From Cyanophora paradoxa CCMP329 (taxonomy: Eukaryota > Plantae > Glaucophyta), in the NCBI GenBank assembly GCA_004431415.1, contig QPMI01000022.1, positions 248,001 through 312,000 of the forward strand: 64,000 nucleotides of DNA, written 5' to 3'. Shown piece after piece: positions 16,111 through 27,700 of the stretch; position 1 is the stretch's first letter, and every line of letters begins with the position of its first letter. The position numbers and the translations under genes are program-made. The notes under the pieces are model-generated. The model had not been told where the DNA came from. It ran no database searches and saw only the letters and a program-made list of their open reading frames with translations.

Positions 16111-16849
16111 TAGTTCTTCAAGAACCTCCTACTAGTCTGGTAGGTCCGACGGTCCGGCGCCGCACGCCCGGCGCACTGCCGGGCGCCCGCGCGCGCGCGC
16201 GCGCCGCGGCCGCGCGCGCGCGGCGTGTGTAGTTCTTCAAGAACCTCCTACTAGCTGGTCTGGTCTGCTAGGGTACAGTCTAGATCTGGAAAAGCCATTG
16301 GGGGCCGAACCCCGGGCCCACCCCCCCCCCCCCGGGGCCCCAGGCCGCCCCCCGCCCCCGGCTCCCCCACCCCCGTCCCCCCTCCCCCCCGGGGCCCGGG
16401 TTCTTTGGCGAACACGTTCGACATGAATTCGAATCGACCGTCGATTGTTTTTTTGCAACGGTCAACCGTTGAACGTTCTAAACTTGAAAAGCTTCGAATT
16501 CAAGCCGCGATTACCAGTAATATTAAATTCCCGCGGGCCGCGCCGGCCCGCGCGGGCCGCCGGGCCGGGCCGGGCCGCGGCCCGGCGCGGGCCCGCGCGC
16601 GGCTCGCCCGGCCCCGCGGCCGGGCCCCTGCAAGTTGCTGCAACTTACTAAGTTAGGCCGCTGCAACTTGCCAAGTTGCAAGGCCCATGGCCAGCCTCCC
16701 AGCTGCACTGGCAGGCTGCCGCCGGACGCCGGAGTCGCGGCCGGACGTCGACAACGGCGGACATCGGCCCGGCGGAGCAGCTGCAGCCGGCGCCTGCAGG
16801 GACGGCTGTGGGAGTCTGAGAGACCGGCTTGACTTGAAGCAGCCTCGAG

Positions 16850-17377
16850 CAGTGTTTGATATACTTTCAGTGGCAAGCTTTCATTTTGAAAGCTTTCTAG
16901 AAAGCTTTCTGAAAGCTTTCATGCCCTAAAAACGCAGGTGAAAGCTTTCAGTTTCGTTGCAACGGGGGGGTACCCTACAGCAGGCCTTCCGACGGAGTTT
17001 CATGCGGAAAACGACGGATTTGAGCAAGCTAGAGTGCAACAAAGCATAATGCCACACGGGGCAAACGGTTGCATGACGTTGTGGAAGGGCGGGGGCCGCT
17101 GGGGAAGGTGGCAGCCTCCGGAGCTGTACCCCCTCTTCCACTGAAACTTGGCTGAAAGGAGCTCAGGAGCACACGAGGGCCATGCGGGCTTTAAGATTGC
17201 AGTTGGAGATGGCATTGGAAAGCATAGACTTGTGTTTGGACGCTTGCTGGAAACAAATATTTCCGGTTTCGCTGGGCAAGGTTTCCTTGTATGGGAGCAA
17301 TCCTTTCAGAAAGCTTTCAGAAAGCTTTCATGAAAGCTTTCAGGGTGCCGGCGGGGAGTAAACTTTCACAAACACTG
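16850..17377. mobile_element. hAT-like non-autonomous element, 528 bp
   Basis: TIR CAGTGTTTG/CAAACACTG. Exact 8-bp TSD GCCTCGAG at 16842-49 and 17378-85. Clusters of the palindrome GAAAGCTTTC near both ends. Confidence 0.85.
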
Positions 17378-17522
17378 GCCTCGAGCGCGCGCGCGCGCCC
17401 GAGACACCTGCCAGGCTGTCCGGTCCGAATCGATATATCGGAGGGCCGGGGCGGCCGCGGTCGGGCGTGGTCGCAGCGCACTGGTGCAGTCGGGTCGCTG
17501 CAACTTGCAATTGGCAACTGCC

Positions 17523-20500
17523 ATGGCCCGCCCGCACCCAGTGGTCCTCGCGGCAGCGCTGGCCGTGGTGCTGGCCCTCGCGGCCCCCGCGGCCGTGGCC
17601 GGCGAGGCTTACGTGTGCAGCGAGATCCAGCCGCTTGAAGGCTCTCGCCTGCGGGTGCGTTGATCATGACGTTCGCTTTTGCGCGGGCCGGGGCGCCTTA
17701 AATCTTTAGGCTTGGGGCCGGCCTAGCCCTAGGCCTGCAGCTGGAGTCCTTTAAGCTTCAAACTTGCGCATGCATATGCATATGGCGAGGGCGGTGCCTC
17801 CGATATCGATCAAGTCTTAAAGCTTGTCCAGAATCACCGCTGCATTGCCTAGGGCCCGAAGGACGTGGACGTCGACCGGGCCATCGGGCTTTTGTTCGGC
17901 GTCCTTTCCGAAGTTCCTGACCCGCCCCCGCGGGCCGCGCCTGCGCCCGCAGGTGTACCTTCCCACGCCGGCGGAGCAGGCGCGCACCTTCTTCACGTCG
18001 GCGGGCCAGCGGGAGATGACGCTGGAGCTGTGGGCGAAGCTGCCGCGCGTGGCCGCGTTCCAGCCCGGCGGCGACGAGCGCGCCGACCTTGTCGAGGTCC
18101 CCGGCTACCTCCTCGTCACCGGTGCGGCGTGCCGTTTCCTTCGAATTCGAATCCCCCTCCGATCTCGGTTCGATTTCGATGTGGGCGCGCGCGCGCAGCG
18201 ATGCGGGCGGCCGACGGGGACCTGGCCCTGCGCGTGGACCTGGGCGGGAACCTGACGTTCGCCACGACCTCGCGGGCCGCCGAGGCCGAGTACTGGACGC
18301 ACTACGCGCTCGTCTTCACGGTGGACGGGGCGGACCCGAGCCCGAACGCGACGCGCGTCGCCGCCTACGTCAACTTCACGGCGGCCGGCGAGCAGTGGAC
18401 GGGCGCCGCGCCGCGGGCGCTCGAGGCGATCGGGGCCTTGGACTGGGGCTTCGAGATCGCCGAGAGCCCCTTCGCCGTCCGCCGCAACGTGCGCCGGGGC
18501 CGCGACTCTCGGATCAAATCCTCGGATCGAGCTTGGCCGTTGGCCCCGCTGACCCGGCCCCTCGCCCAGTTCCGGGTCTGGAGGCGGGCGCTCTCCCTCG
18601 AGCAGCTCTTCTCGAACCGCTTCCGCCGCATCTGGGGCGGCGCCGACAACTACACGACCCTCTTCCCCGACCTGAAGATCAACAGTGCGCGCGTTCAATT
18701 TCCCGTTGAAATTGGGCGTCGATCCCGATGGCGATCGCGAGCTCGAGGCTGACCCGCGGCGCCCCCGCCCATGTCGCCCCGCAGTTCCCTTTGACTTTTA
18801 CGCGCCCGGGTCGGTGTTCACTCTCGGCGGCCCGCCCAACAACGACGTCGACTGCGCGGCCCTTGGCATCGACACGGCTGCCCCGAGCTACGGGCCCGTC
18901 TACTGGGTCCAGACGAGCGCGGAGTTCTGCGGCTTTTTTGGGGGGGTACGGCCCCCGCCGGCGAGACCGCCTGCCACTGCGACCACTGCCTCTTCGCCCC
19001 CGAGGGCACCGCAACGACGGACCCGAACGGCGGCGGCGGCTCCAGCGGCGGCGACGGCTCCGGGGGCAGCACGGGTACCGCGGGCAACAGCACAGGGGGC
19101 AGCAGCAGCGGGGGCAGCACGGGGGCCCAGTGCTACCCGCCGGCCCCGGTCCCGCCCCTGACCGCGACGTACCAGGTCCGCGCCCGCCTCGCCCTTTCAA
19201 TTTTGCGGGCGGCCGAAACCCGAGCCTTATTAAATCCAAAACTAAACTAATGGCCTCCGGCGCATTATAATTATAATTACGAGCTTATTAGAAACTATCT
19301 CAAAGCTATCTACAATCCGAAAAGCCGGGTTTGAAGCTGATATATAAGGGCCCCCGCCGCAGATTTCGTGCCCGCCGAGCCTGACCATCCCGCGCGTGGG
19401 CCCCGTCAACGTGACCGCCGGCGGCGCCGGCGCCCCCAAGCCGCTCTGCGGCGCACGCATGCCTGACCTCCGCTACCTGATTGCAGGTCCGTTAATTCAA
19501 TTTCACCTTAGGCTTATAACTAAACTAGCTGTTCATATTCAACGGAAGCTTTTAAGATATTTCATCTTTTACTGAAGTCTGTTTTCAGGGGACTGGTCCG
19601 ACCCGCGCGTGGGCTTCTCCCAGCATCCGGAGGCGGGTGCCTTCCTCCCGGGGCCCCTCGACACGCCCGCGACGTCGACGGATGCAGACTGGCTCGCCTC
19701 GGGCTACGGCGGCCCGTTCAACGCCAGCATCCGCGCGAGCCTCAGCATCACAAACCCGACCGACGTCGTGCGAAGCTTTGTACTCGCTTCGAATTCAGAG
19801 CCTCGAACTTAGGCCCTGTCCCTCTCGCCGCCGCCGCAGGGACCGAGGGGCGCCTGCTCCTTCGACCTGTTCGTGAAGGACGACGGCCCGCCCCTGTACC
19901 CGGGGGCCTGCCCGCCGCCCCTCCGCCTCGTGCCCATCGCCTGCCAGCCCGGGACCGGCTTCGGCCCCTGCGCGATCAATTTCCCGGACTTGCGGCCCAA
20001 CGTGACGCGCCGCATCGACTGCATCCCGCCCGTGCCCGCAAAGGCCAGCGACTACGTGCAGGAGAGCGCGAGCGGCAGCTACGACAACCCGAACGTGCAG
20101 CCGGGGGCGACGTGGCAGGACCAGCTGCCCATGCCCCCGTACTCCCGCAGCGTCCGGGTCCGCCACAGCCGCTACGTATACCCCCAGGGCGCCTCCTGCT
20201 CTGTCAAGGTCCAGGCGAGCTTCCCCCCCCCCCCCCCCCTCCTCCCCCCCGTTTCCCCCTTTTACCTTCCTATCTTTTACCTTTCTTCTTCAACCAGGCG
20301 TACGTGCCGGACCCGTGGGTGACGTGGAAGCCGGTGCTCACGGGCAGCCACGATGCGGTCAACACCTCGGCCGTCGCCGCCGGCGCCGACGCGCGCATCT
20401 TGCTCGAGGCCCCGTGCGCGTACCTCCCCCCCCCCCCCCCCCACCCCGCCCCGCCCGGCCCTGTTCCTCCTTCCCCCTAGGCCTCCCTCTCCCCCTCTTC

Positions 20501-21355
20501 CCCCCCCCCCCCCCCATCCCTCCCCTCCCCACCCCACCTCCTCCCCACCCCTCCTCCATTCCTCTTCCGCTCCCTCATCCACCCCCCTCTACCCTCTACC
20601 CCCACCCACCTTCACCCCACCCACTGGGCCGCCCTTCACCCCCACCCAGCCGTGGACCCTCTTCAGAGCCCGCTAGCCCGCTGCGCATAACCCCCCCCCC
20701 CCCCCTACCTCCAATCCCCCTACCCCCCTCCACCCCCAGCCAGCCGAGGATCCTCTAGCTCTTGAGAGCCGGCGAGCCCGGCAATCCGGGATCCCTGACT
20801 TCATTTGATCGGCGCAGCGTGAACTCGTCGCACCTGCAGATGCTCCCGCTGCACTGCTCGTTCCGCGTCCTGCGGGTCGAGAACCACCCGCTCCTGGGCC
20901 TGCCCGGCCCCGACGTGGACCCACGTGCACAGACCCTCCTCTTCAACTTCACGTCGGGGGCGCCCTACGAGTACCCCTACGTCATCGGGTACCGCGGGTC
21001 CTACGTCGCCACGGGCAGCTTCAGCCGGGAGGTCCCGGCCTCCTACCTCGAGAACCCCTCGTGCGCACCTCTTAATGAAATGATCCAGCCCTTTCAAACC
21101 CTCTGAGCCTGCCGCTCGCTGCGCGCGCCGCAGGATCCAGCCGGGGGAGGCCCTCCGCACCTACGTCTACAGCTTGTCATGTCCGCCATGGCCCCGCCGC
21201 CTTTCCGCACGCCCTCGCTTCTGCCAGGCTGACTTCGCCATTTCCCATTTCCCGCAGGCGCCTTCAACGAGGGGCTGCCGGAGCCGGCCAAGTTCGTCCG
21301 CGTCTCGATGGCCCCCCTCCGGATCGAGATCCGCAAGCCCGCGGCGCCCGCGTAG
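17523..21355 (+). CDS. Secreted protein with a LamG/concanavalin-like domain, Gly/Ser linker and HYR-like domains
   Basis: Signal peptide MARPHPVVLAAALAVVLALAAPAAVAGE. LamG-like motifs MTLELWAK, YWTHYALVF, FRVWRRALSLEQL. Linker GGGGSSGGDGSGGSTG. HYR-like CSFDLFVKDDGPP. Several N-x-S/T sites. Ends IRKPAAPA*. Confidence 0.65.
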
Positions 21356-21782
21356 CAGCCGATCGCGACCCTGCCCCCGGCCCCAGGGGTGGCTTTGCCC
21401 TGACCGCGAGCCGCGGCCGCGGCTATAGCTAGCTATAGATCGCGGCTTCCTTGGCGCCCTAGGCTTCAACAAGTTCACTGATTGCTGTTGTTATTTGATT
21501 GCAGTAGGCTCACATGTAGCGAACCCTGGCGGACCTAGGCCTGTTGCCAGCCCCCGAACTTCGAAGGCCGGGCAGGCGCCGCGCGCCACGCTGTATATAT
21601 TTGCTCTTTATCGCCACAAGTAGAGACTGTTGTGATCATGACTTTAAGAGTTCTCGGTCGACGTCGCGCAAATGCTTTGCTATATCGATACAGATCTGTT
21701 CGCTTGCACTTGGGCTCGCGATCGGTAGCAAGTAAAAAAAATTATTCAAAGTACTCTGCATGAATTCGAATACACGCATCAA

Positions 21783-24700
21783 CTAGGGATTCTTGATATT
21801 CTTTCTCGGATCGGGGCGGAGCAAATTCTCGCCCCTGTTCCGCCAGTCCATGAAGCCGCCTTCTCCGAGGGTCACAGCCAGTGCCGCAAGGGGCACCCAA
21901 GGCGGGACAAGGCCGGCGAGCACGGCGCCCGCCACCAGCAGCAGACGGATGCGAATGTCGCAGCGTTTCCACGTGTCATAAAGAGAGTCGTGGGGGTCGA
22001 ATCTAGAGGCTGCCACGGCAATCAGCGCCCAGCAAAGGGCCGGGATGCATATGGTCAGGACCGCTGTCACGCCGGTGCCGAAATGCGTGGAGGCAAAGGC
22101 AAAGCTCGTCCGGAATGTTCTGAAGACAAGCAAAAGTTTGGTGAAGAAGCGAACAAGGTCCACGAAACTCTCAGCGCAATGTCTCGGCGTCAGGAGAAAG
22201 GACGCGACGAAATAGCCTTGGATGGCGTTGCACGAAGAGCACGGGAAGCCGCAGACTGCTTTGGTGCCGCAGGTGCAACTAATAGCTTGGAAGCCCAGGG
22301 TCCTGAGGATTTCCTCAAACCTGTTGCGGGAATTCGATGCTAGCCTTCTCTTGCAAATCTCGAGAATGTCGGGGTGGTTCTGTGAGAGCCACCTGAACTG
22401 CGCGACGGTCCCAAAGAGGCAGGCCGTTCGCCGCTCCTGCGTCGCTGGATTCAAGTACTCCACTAAGATGTTGAAGATGCCGCAATGGGGACAGGGCTGA
22501 TACGATCCGACCAGCTGGTTGCATTTCCCACAGTTCAACCAGCTGGGATCTGGTCTCTGCGCGACATTCATCACGACAGTGAGGTGAGCAGCTGCGCATC
22601 CAGCAGCAGAAGCGTCAGAATATGAAGTACGCGTACCGTTCCTGTATGCGTCTGCTTCAGTTTGGCGGGTTTAACGTCGCGATCGCACGCACTCGAATTC
22701 ACTGAATCTATAGCTAACGCCGAGCCCGAGCCGACGGCTCGGCGATTGAGTAGCTTTGAGTTCGGCTCCGGCCGCAGCGATATCTGCATGATTCGCGCTT
22801 TTGTCATTAATCATATAGAAAAACTAATAATTATACGATGCATGGTCTGGATGAAGCGAAAAGAAGTTACCTGCTTTGCGCGATCGCGCCCTGTCTGATT
22901 CTGCGGTGCTGTACATGTTTGATGCTCCTGCTGTGCTGTCGCCGGGTTGCTGGTCTGTGCCGGTGTGCTGCAGCTGGACACGCCCTCTTTTAAGCCTAAA
23001 ACGTTTACGCCGCAGCCACGGAACGTATTTCCTTCCTCGGCTTCTGGGTGCCTCCGTAGCGACACTCGCATGCCTCTGTGACAATAGAATAGGTAGTTTT
23101 CCACCAGATGCAGCTGCAGCTGGTCATGAGCGTCTCCGGTGCATGCAACGTTTATGCCCAAAAAGGTGCAGCCGCTGACGAGGTTCTGTCGGACAATTAC
23201 CGGTGCTATCTCTCCAGCTGAAGAGGCCGTAGCCGATTGCGATCGGGATACAATGCTCCCAGTGTTGATGTTTATACCGCAAGCGTAGCGACTCCCCAAA
23301 CATGAGACGGCATTGTCGACAATCGCAATTTTAATGTTCTGAGCATGATCATGAGAACGTTTTGGCGTCAGATGACAAGTTTTCAGAGCGATTGAGATTG
23401 GAATTGATTACCTCACAATCACCAGAGCTCGAGGCAGAATCCGAAGGGGTTGGGTTTATGTGGATACCCAAACCACAGCTGGCGATCCTGTTGCCATCGA
23501 CATTCTCAGGGCGGATGCCTCTGCATTCGAGCGTGCAGATGTGAGACATGAATTTGCATACGAGTAATGTTAAAGAGGATATGAATTTGAAAGCACCTCA
23601 AGCTGATTCCGCAATCCCTCCCGATAATTATCGTATTCTTCACTACCAGCGAGCCAGCGGATGGACTTGTGCAGATGCCGCGTCCACGCCCAGGGCCAAT
23701 GTAGTTACTAATAACTCGTGCTTCCGCTTCCGTGTCCAAAAGGATTGCTGTCAATTATGGAGAGTAAATGCTTACGTAAATGCTTCGATTTATTGAGGAA
23801 AACGAGCAAAACAATTGCTCTATTTGGAACTTTGTCGTGCCAAGGAAAACGAGAAAAACAATTGCGACACCTGTGGCTCCGGCTGTGTCATCGATACCGT
23901 CAGCGAAATCGAAAGGGACGTCCGTCGCAGGGCCTGAGGGCAACAAAGATTTGTTCAAATATCGAAAGCGAAATCGTCCATTACCAACATAAAAAATGGA
24001 AACACACCTCCTCCATAGATCTCGTTCGCTTCGAAGAGAGCTTTCGTATGACGAGCGCGAACGGCAACCAAGTCGCAGCCGTTGCGTAGCACGTTGTTGC
24101 TGAGGATGAAATTGAAGCACCCGCTTTCATCCGTGATTGGCTCGCAATTGTCGGAGTTGACGTCAATGCAAACGTTCCGCTCGCTGAAGATGGTGCACGC
24201 ACGCACAACCACGTGTGCCGGACCCCGCACTGAAATGGTGGATGATGTCGAATTCGCAGAATTTGAAAGAGGCGCGGGCCGGTCATCTCCAATCGTGAGG
24301 CCTAACAGCGAGACTTGAACCCTGAGCTTCTTCGCTTCGCCGAAGCAGGGATTGACGGGGCGCCCCGGGTCCACCGGCGCATTCCAGCCGTCGATCGCGA
24401 TCAGGTCGGCATTGGTTGGGAGCGCCGACCCATCCAACACAGAGGACCGGCTCCCGAATATGATAACAGAAACGCTGATTGCCAGGCCTTTCAACAGCAC
24501 ATACCTGACGACTCTCTCAGCTGATCATGATGCAGGCTTAATTGGGGAAGCATTTGAAAACTCTCTGTACGCGATATACCTGCCAGGGCGGAGACCGATG
24601 CGGACTTGGCGGTAGCTGTCGGTGCGGCCGATTTCGGCAATGCGGTCGAGCATTGCGTGCAGCTCTTCGGCAGAGCCGACAACAATCGCATTTTCACTCG

Positions 24701-27700
24701 TCATCTCTTTCTCAACAGCTTCGCACACTGAGGCCCGTAATTACAAATGATTAATTGTCATCGCGCGCGCATCGCACGGTTACATTGGAATCGTTCTCTT
24801 TCGAAGACGGCGTAAAATCGACCGCAGGCTTTCCAGAGCCAATCAGGAAAACTCGCTTCTGCGTGTTTAACGCATAGTTATAAGCATCACTATTATAATA
24901 TCGATTGAGAAAACGCAGATGACATCGCAACGGCCCCCAGAAACCCGCTCTTGCATATGCCAAATAGCGGAAAAGCTGCTCACCGCCCAAAAAAGGAGGA
25001 TCCCGAGTACTAGTCTCTCGCACATCCGGATCCTCGTCATGGTATGCGTACGCCTGGACGAGCGCCCACAGAAATGAGGGGTACGCCGGCGAGGAAAGGA
25101 ATCTCAGAAGCTGCAAGGAATTGACGTCATGATCAGTTGTGGAAATATACATCAATGCATATGATCAGCTGCAAAGTTTGGGGATGTGTGGCAAAATAAA
25201 CAACGATACCTTCCCGGCCGAGTGCAGGTGTATGGTCTTGGATTCCACGGCTCTGACTGCAGCGAGCTGCTGGGCAGTGGGCGCCTCGCGTCCGAGGGCG
25301 GCTCCCACTGGAAACGCCTGGAGCAGCGAATAGCAGCACTGGAACGCGTAGTAAGCCAGGCCGCGCCGATGAGACGACACGTTCGGCAGCGATTGCAAGT
25401 CATCCTCCGCCCCGCCGAAGCCGCCGTCGACCTCGATCGCGACTGAGGGGTGCCGCTGCGCCAGCGCGAAGCACTCGTCCAACATTCCGGCGCTGTCCAA
25501 CACTTCCAGCGCACGTTCTGCGTTCCCGCAGCGTTCATAGTGCTTGAAATTTCAAAAACGTCAGTGCCCCGCGCCGTCAGAGAAACTTGGAAACGTCTCT
25601 GCGTGTATTGCAGGAGCACCTCAGCGGCGTAGGCTGGACGACCGGACTGCTTCCAGGCCGACCACGCTTCCGCCGGATGCCCCGCCCGGTCGAACAGCTT
25701 CGCTGCACGGACGTGATCCCCCGCGCTGCGCGCTGTTTAGACAGCTGCAGCTGCGCTAGAGCGGATGACAGCCTGTAAAAGCGTGCGCACTCGAGGTAGA
25801 TCTTGGCAGCGCGGAGCAGCTCGCCGGCCTGCTCGAGGAGCGAGGCGGCGCAGCGCAGGTCCTCGGCCCTGTCCGCCGCGTTCTTGCGCTCTGCGCCGAG
25901 TCGATCGTGAGGGGACGCGACAAAGGACAGTGAACGAAGGAGACGGCACCTTTCGCCCTGTTCAGCGCCCGCTTCGCTTTTTCAAATAGCTGTGATCTAG
26001 CCGCGGACCCCGGTTTCGTTGGTACAGAATGCTGATCCTGTGGCCCCACCGCCTCGTGCTCGCAATTGGCCTCGCTGGCGGCGGAAGAGGCTGCGGCTGC
26101 GGCGGCGGCGGCGGCGTCGAGCTCGGCAGCGATCGCGTCGGCGCGGCCGGCCGCCTCCAGCAGCCCGAGCCGCTCGTACTCCCGCGCTTTCCGGCGCTGC
26201 GGGCCGGGCCGGGCGAGGCGCGGTTAGAGGTTCGAATGCGGAGACGGACAAAGCGGCCGCTTCTTCGAACTCAAGCGCACCCAATCCGCTGCAGTGCTCT
26301 CCACGCGTCGCGGCGCAGTGCCCGCTGTCGTTTCGTCCTGCACCGTTGGGATAAGTCGGGATCATGATCAGTGCATGAATGAGGGATCGCTGTGCACACC
26401 TGCACGGCTCGGCACTTGTGCAGAAGTCCGAGCATGGCCTGCCGGCGGCTGACTCCAGCAGCTCGAGCCGCGCCCACGGCTGGATCCTCAGCGTCGAAGA
26501 GCCTGTGCGGTCTATCAGCTCTAGGTCTAGATCTCCATTATCTTGGGCGACCGACGCCGGTATGCCCGCACCAGACTTGCTCGCGGGCGCGCGTGACGGC
26601 CGTGTACAGCAGCCGCAGCTCCAGCGCGAGCGCCTGCATCCGCGGCGCCGACGGGTCCGGTCCCTGCGCTCTCTGCGGCGACGTTCATCGGCGCCGGCGC
26701 CGTTGCACGTGCCGCGGCCGTCGCACCGCAGGAGCGTCGCCGTCGCCGATCGCTGCGGCGTCTCGATCTGCGGCGGCCGCCCGGGCGACGACCTCGTCCT
26801 CGCACGCCCTCAGCGCCTCGCGCCACAGGCGGTCCTCGTCGGCCCTCGCGTCGCGGAAGAAGTTCAGTCTGCGGAGCACCGATATCACATGATCAATGTG
26901 AGCGGGCGCGGCGTCAGCGGCGGCGCAAGCCGAGCGGGAATTTTTGGAGCGCACAGGAGGACGGCGTCGAACTCGAGGCCCTTTGCCTCCTCGACGGTCA
27001 GCACGACGCTCTGCCGCAGGAACACCGGCACCGCCGCCTTGCACGCCGCCGTCCGCACCAGCACCACCTGCCGCCGCCGCCTGGGCTGTGGCGGCGCGGG
27101 CAGCGCGGGCGGCGGACCTGTTCGGCGCCGAGGCGGCGGTCCGCGGCGCCGCGCCCCGCGCCGAAGAGGAACGCCTCAAGAGCGGCCTCGCTGCCGCTGC
27201 GGAGCGCGATGGGCGGCTCGCCCTCCCGAATGCCTGCTCGAGTCCGGCCGATCCCTGGCATTAGCTTCGACCGGCGGCACTGGCGCTGGCGGGGGCGGGG
27301 GCACCGGAGTCGCGGGGCAGGCGGTCGAGGGCGCCGGGGAAGAGGACCTCGAGCACGTCCAGCAGCGTCGACGCCAGCCCCACGATCCCCGCGTGCGAGC
27401 GGTAGTTCTGCGCCCCGCGTCGGAGCTCGAGGGGCGAGCCGCGGGCGGACCGGGGCGCGCGCGCCGCGGCTCGGACCTGCGTCAGGTAGCGCATGGGGGC
27501 GTGACCGGCGGGCGTGCAGGCGCGCCCGTAGAGCTCGCGCTCCACCTTCGGCCGCAGCAGTCGCTTCAGATCCGAGAAGCGGAAGGAGACGCCTGCGGGC
27601 CAGCGCACAGTCATTGAAGCGCGCGGCGGGGCGGGCGGGCGGCGGGCGGCGGATCCGAACCGCGGGCGATGGCCTGGGCCGAGTCGCCGGAGAGCCAAAG

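Noticed and set aside
16970-16987. gtaccctacagcag shared between the hAT-like element and the MITE-C core
   Set aside because: The match is short and GTACCC-type words are common throughout the window's introns.
23300-24000. Apparent stops in the beta-helix region suggesting a pseudogene or an alternative genetic code
   Set aside because: They fall inside plausible GT-AG introns, and conserved genes end in standard TAG or TGA.
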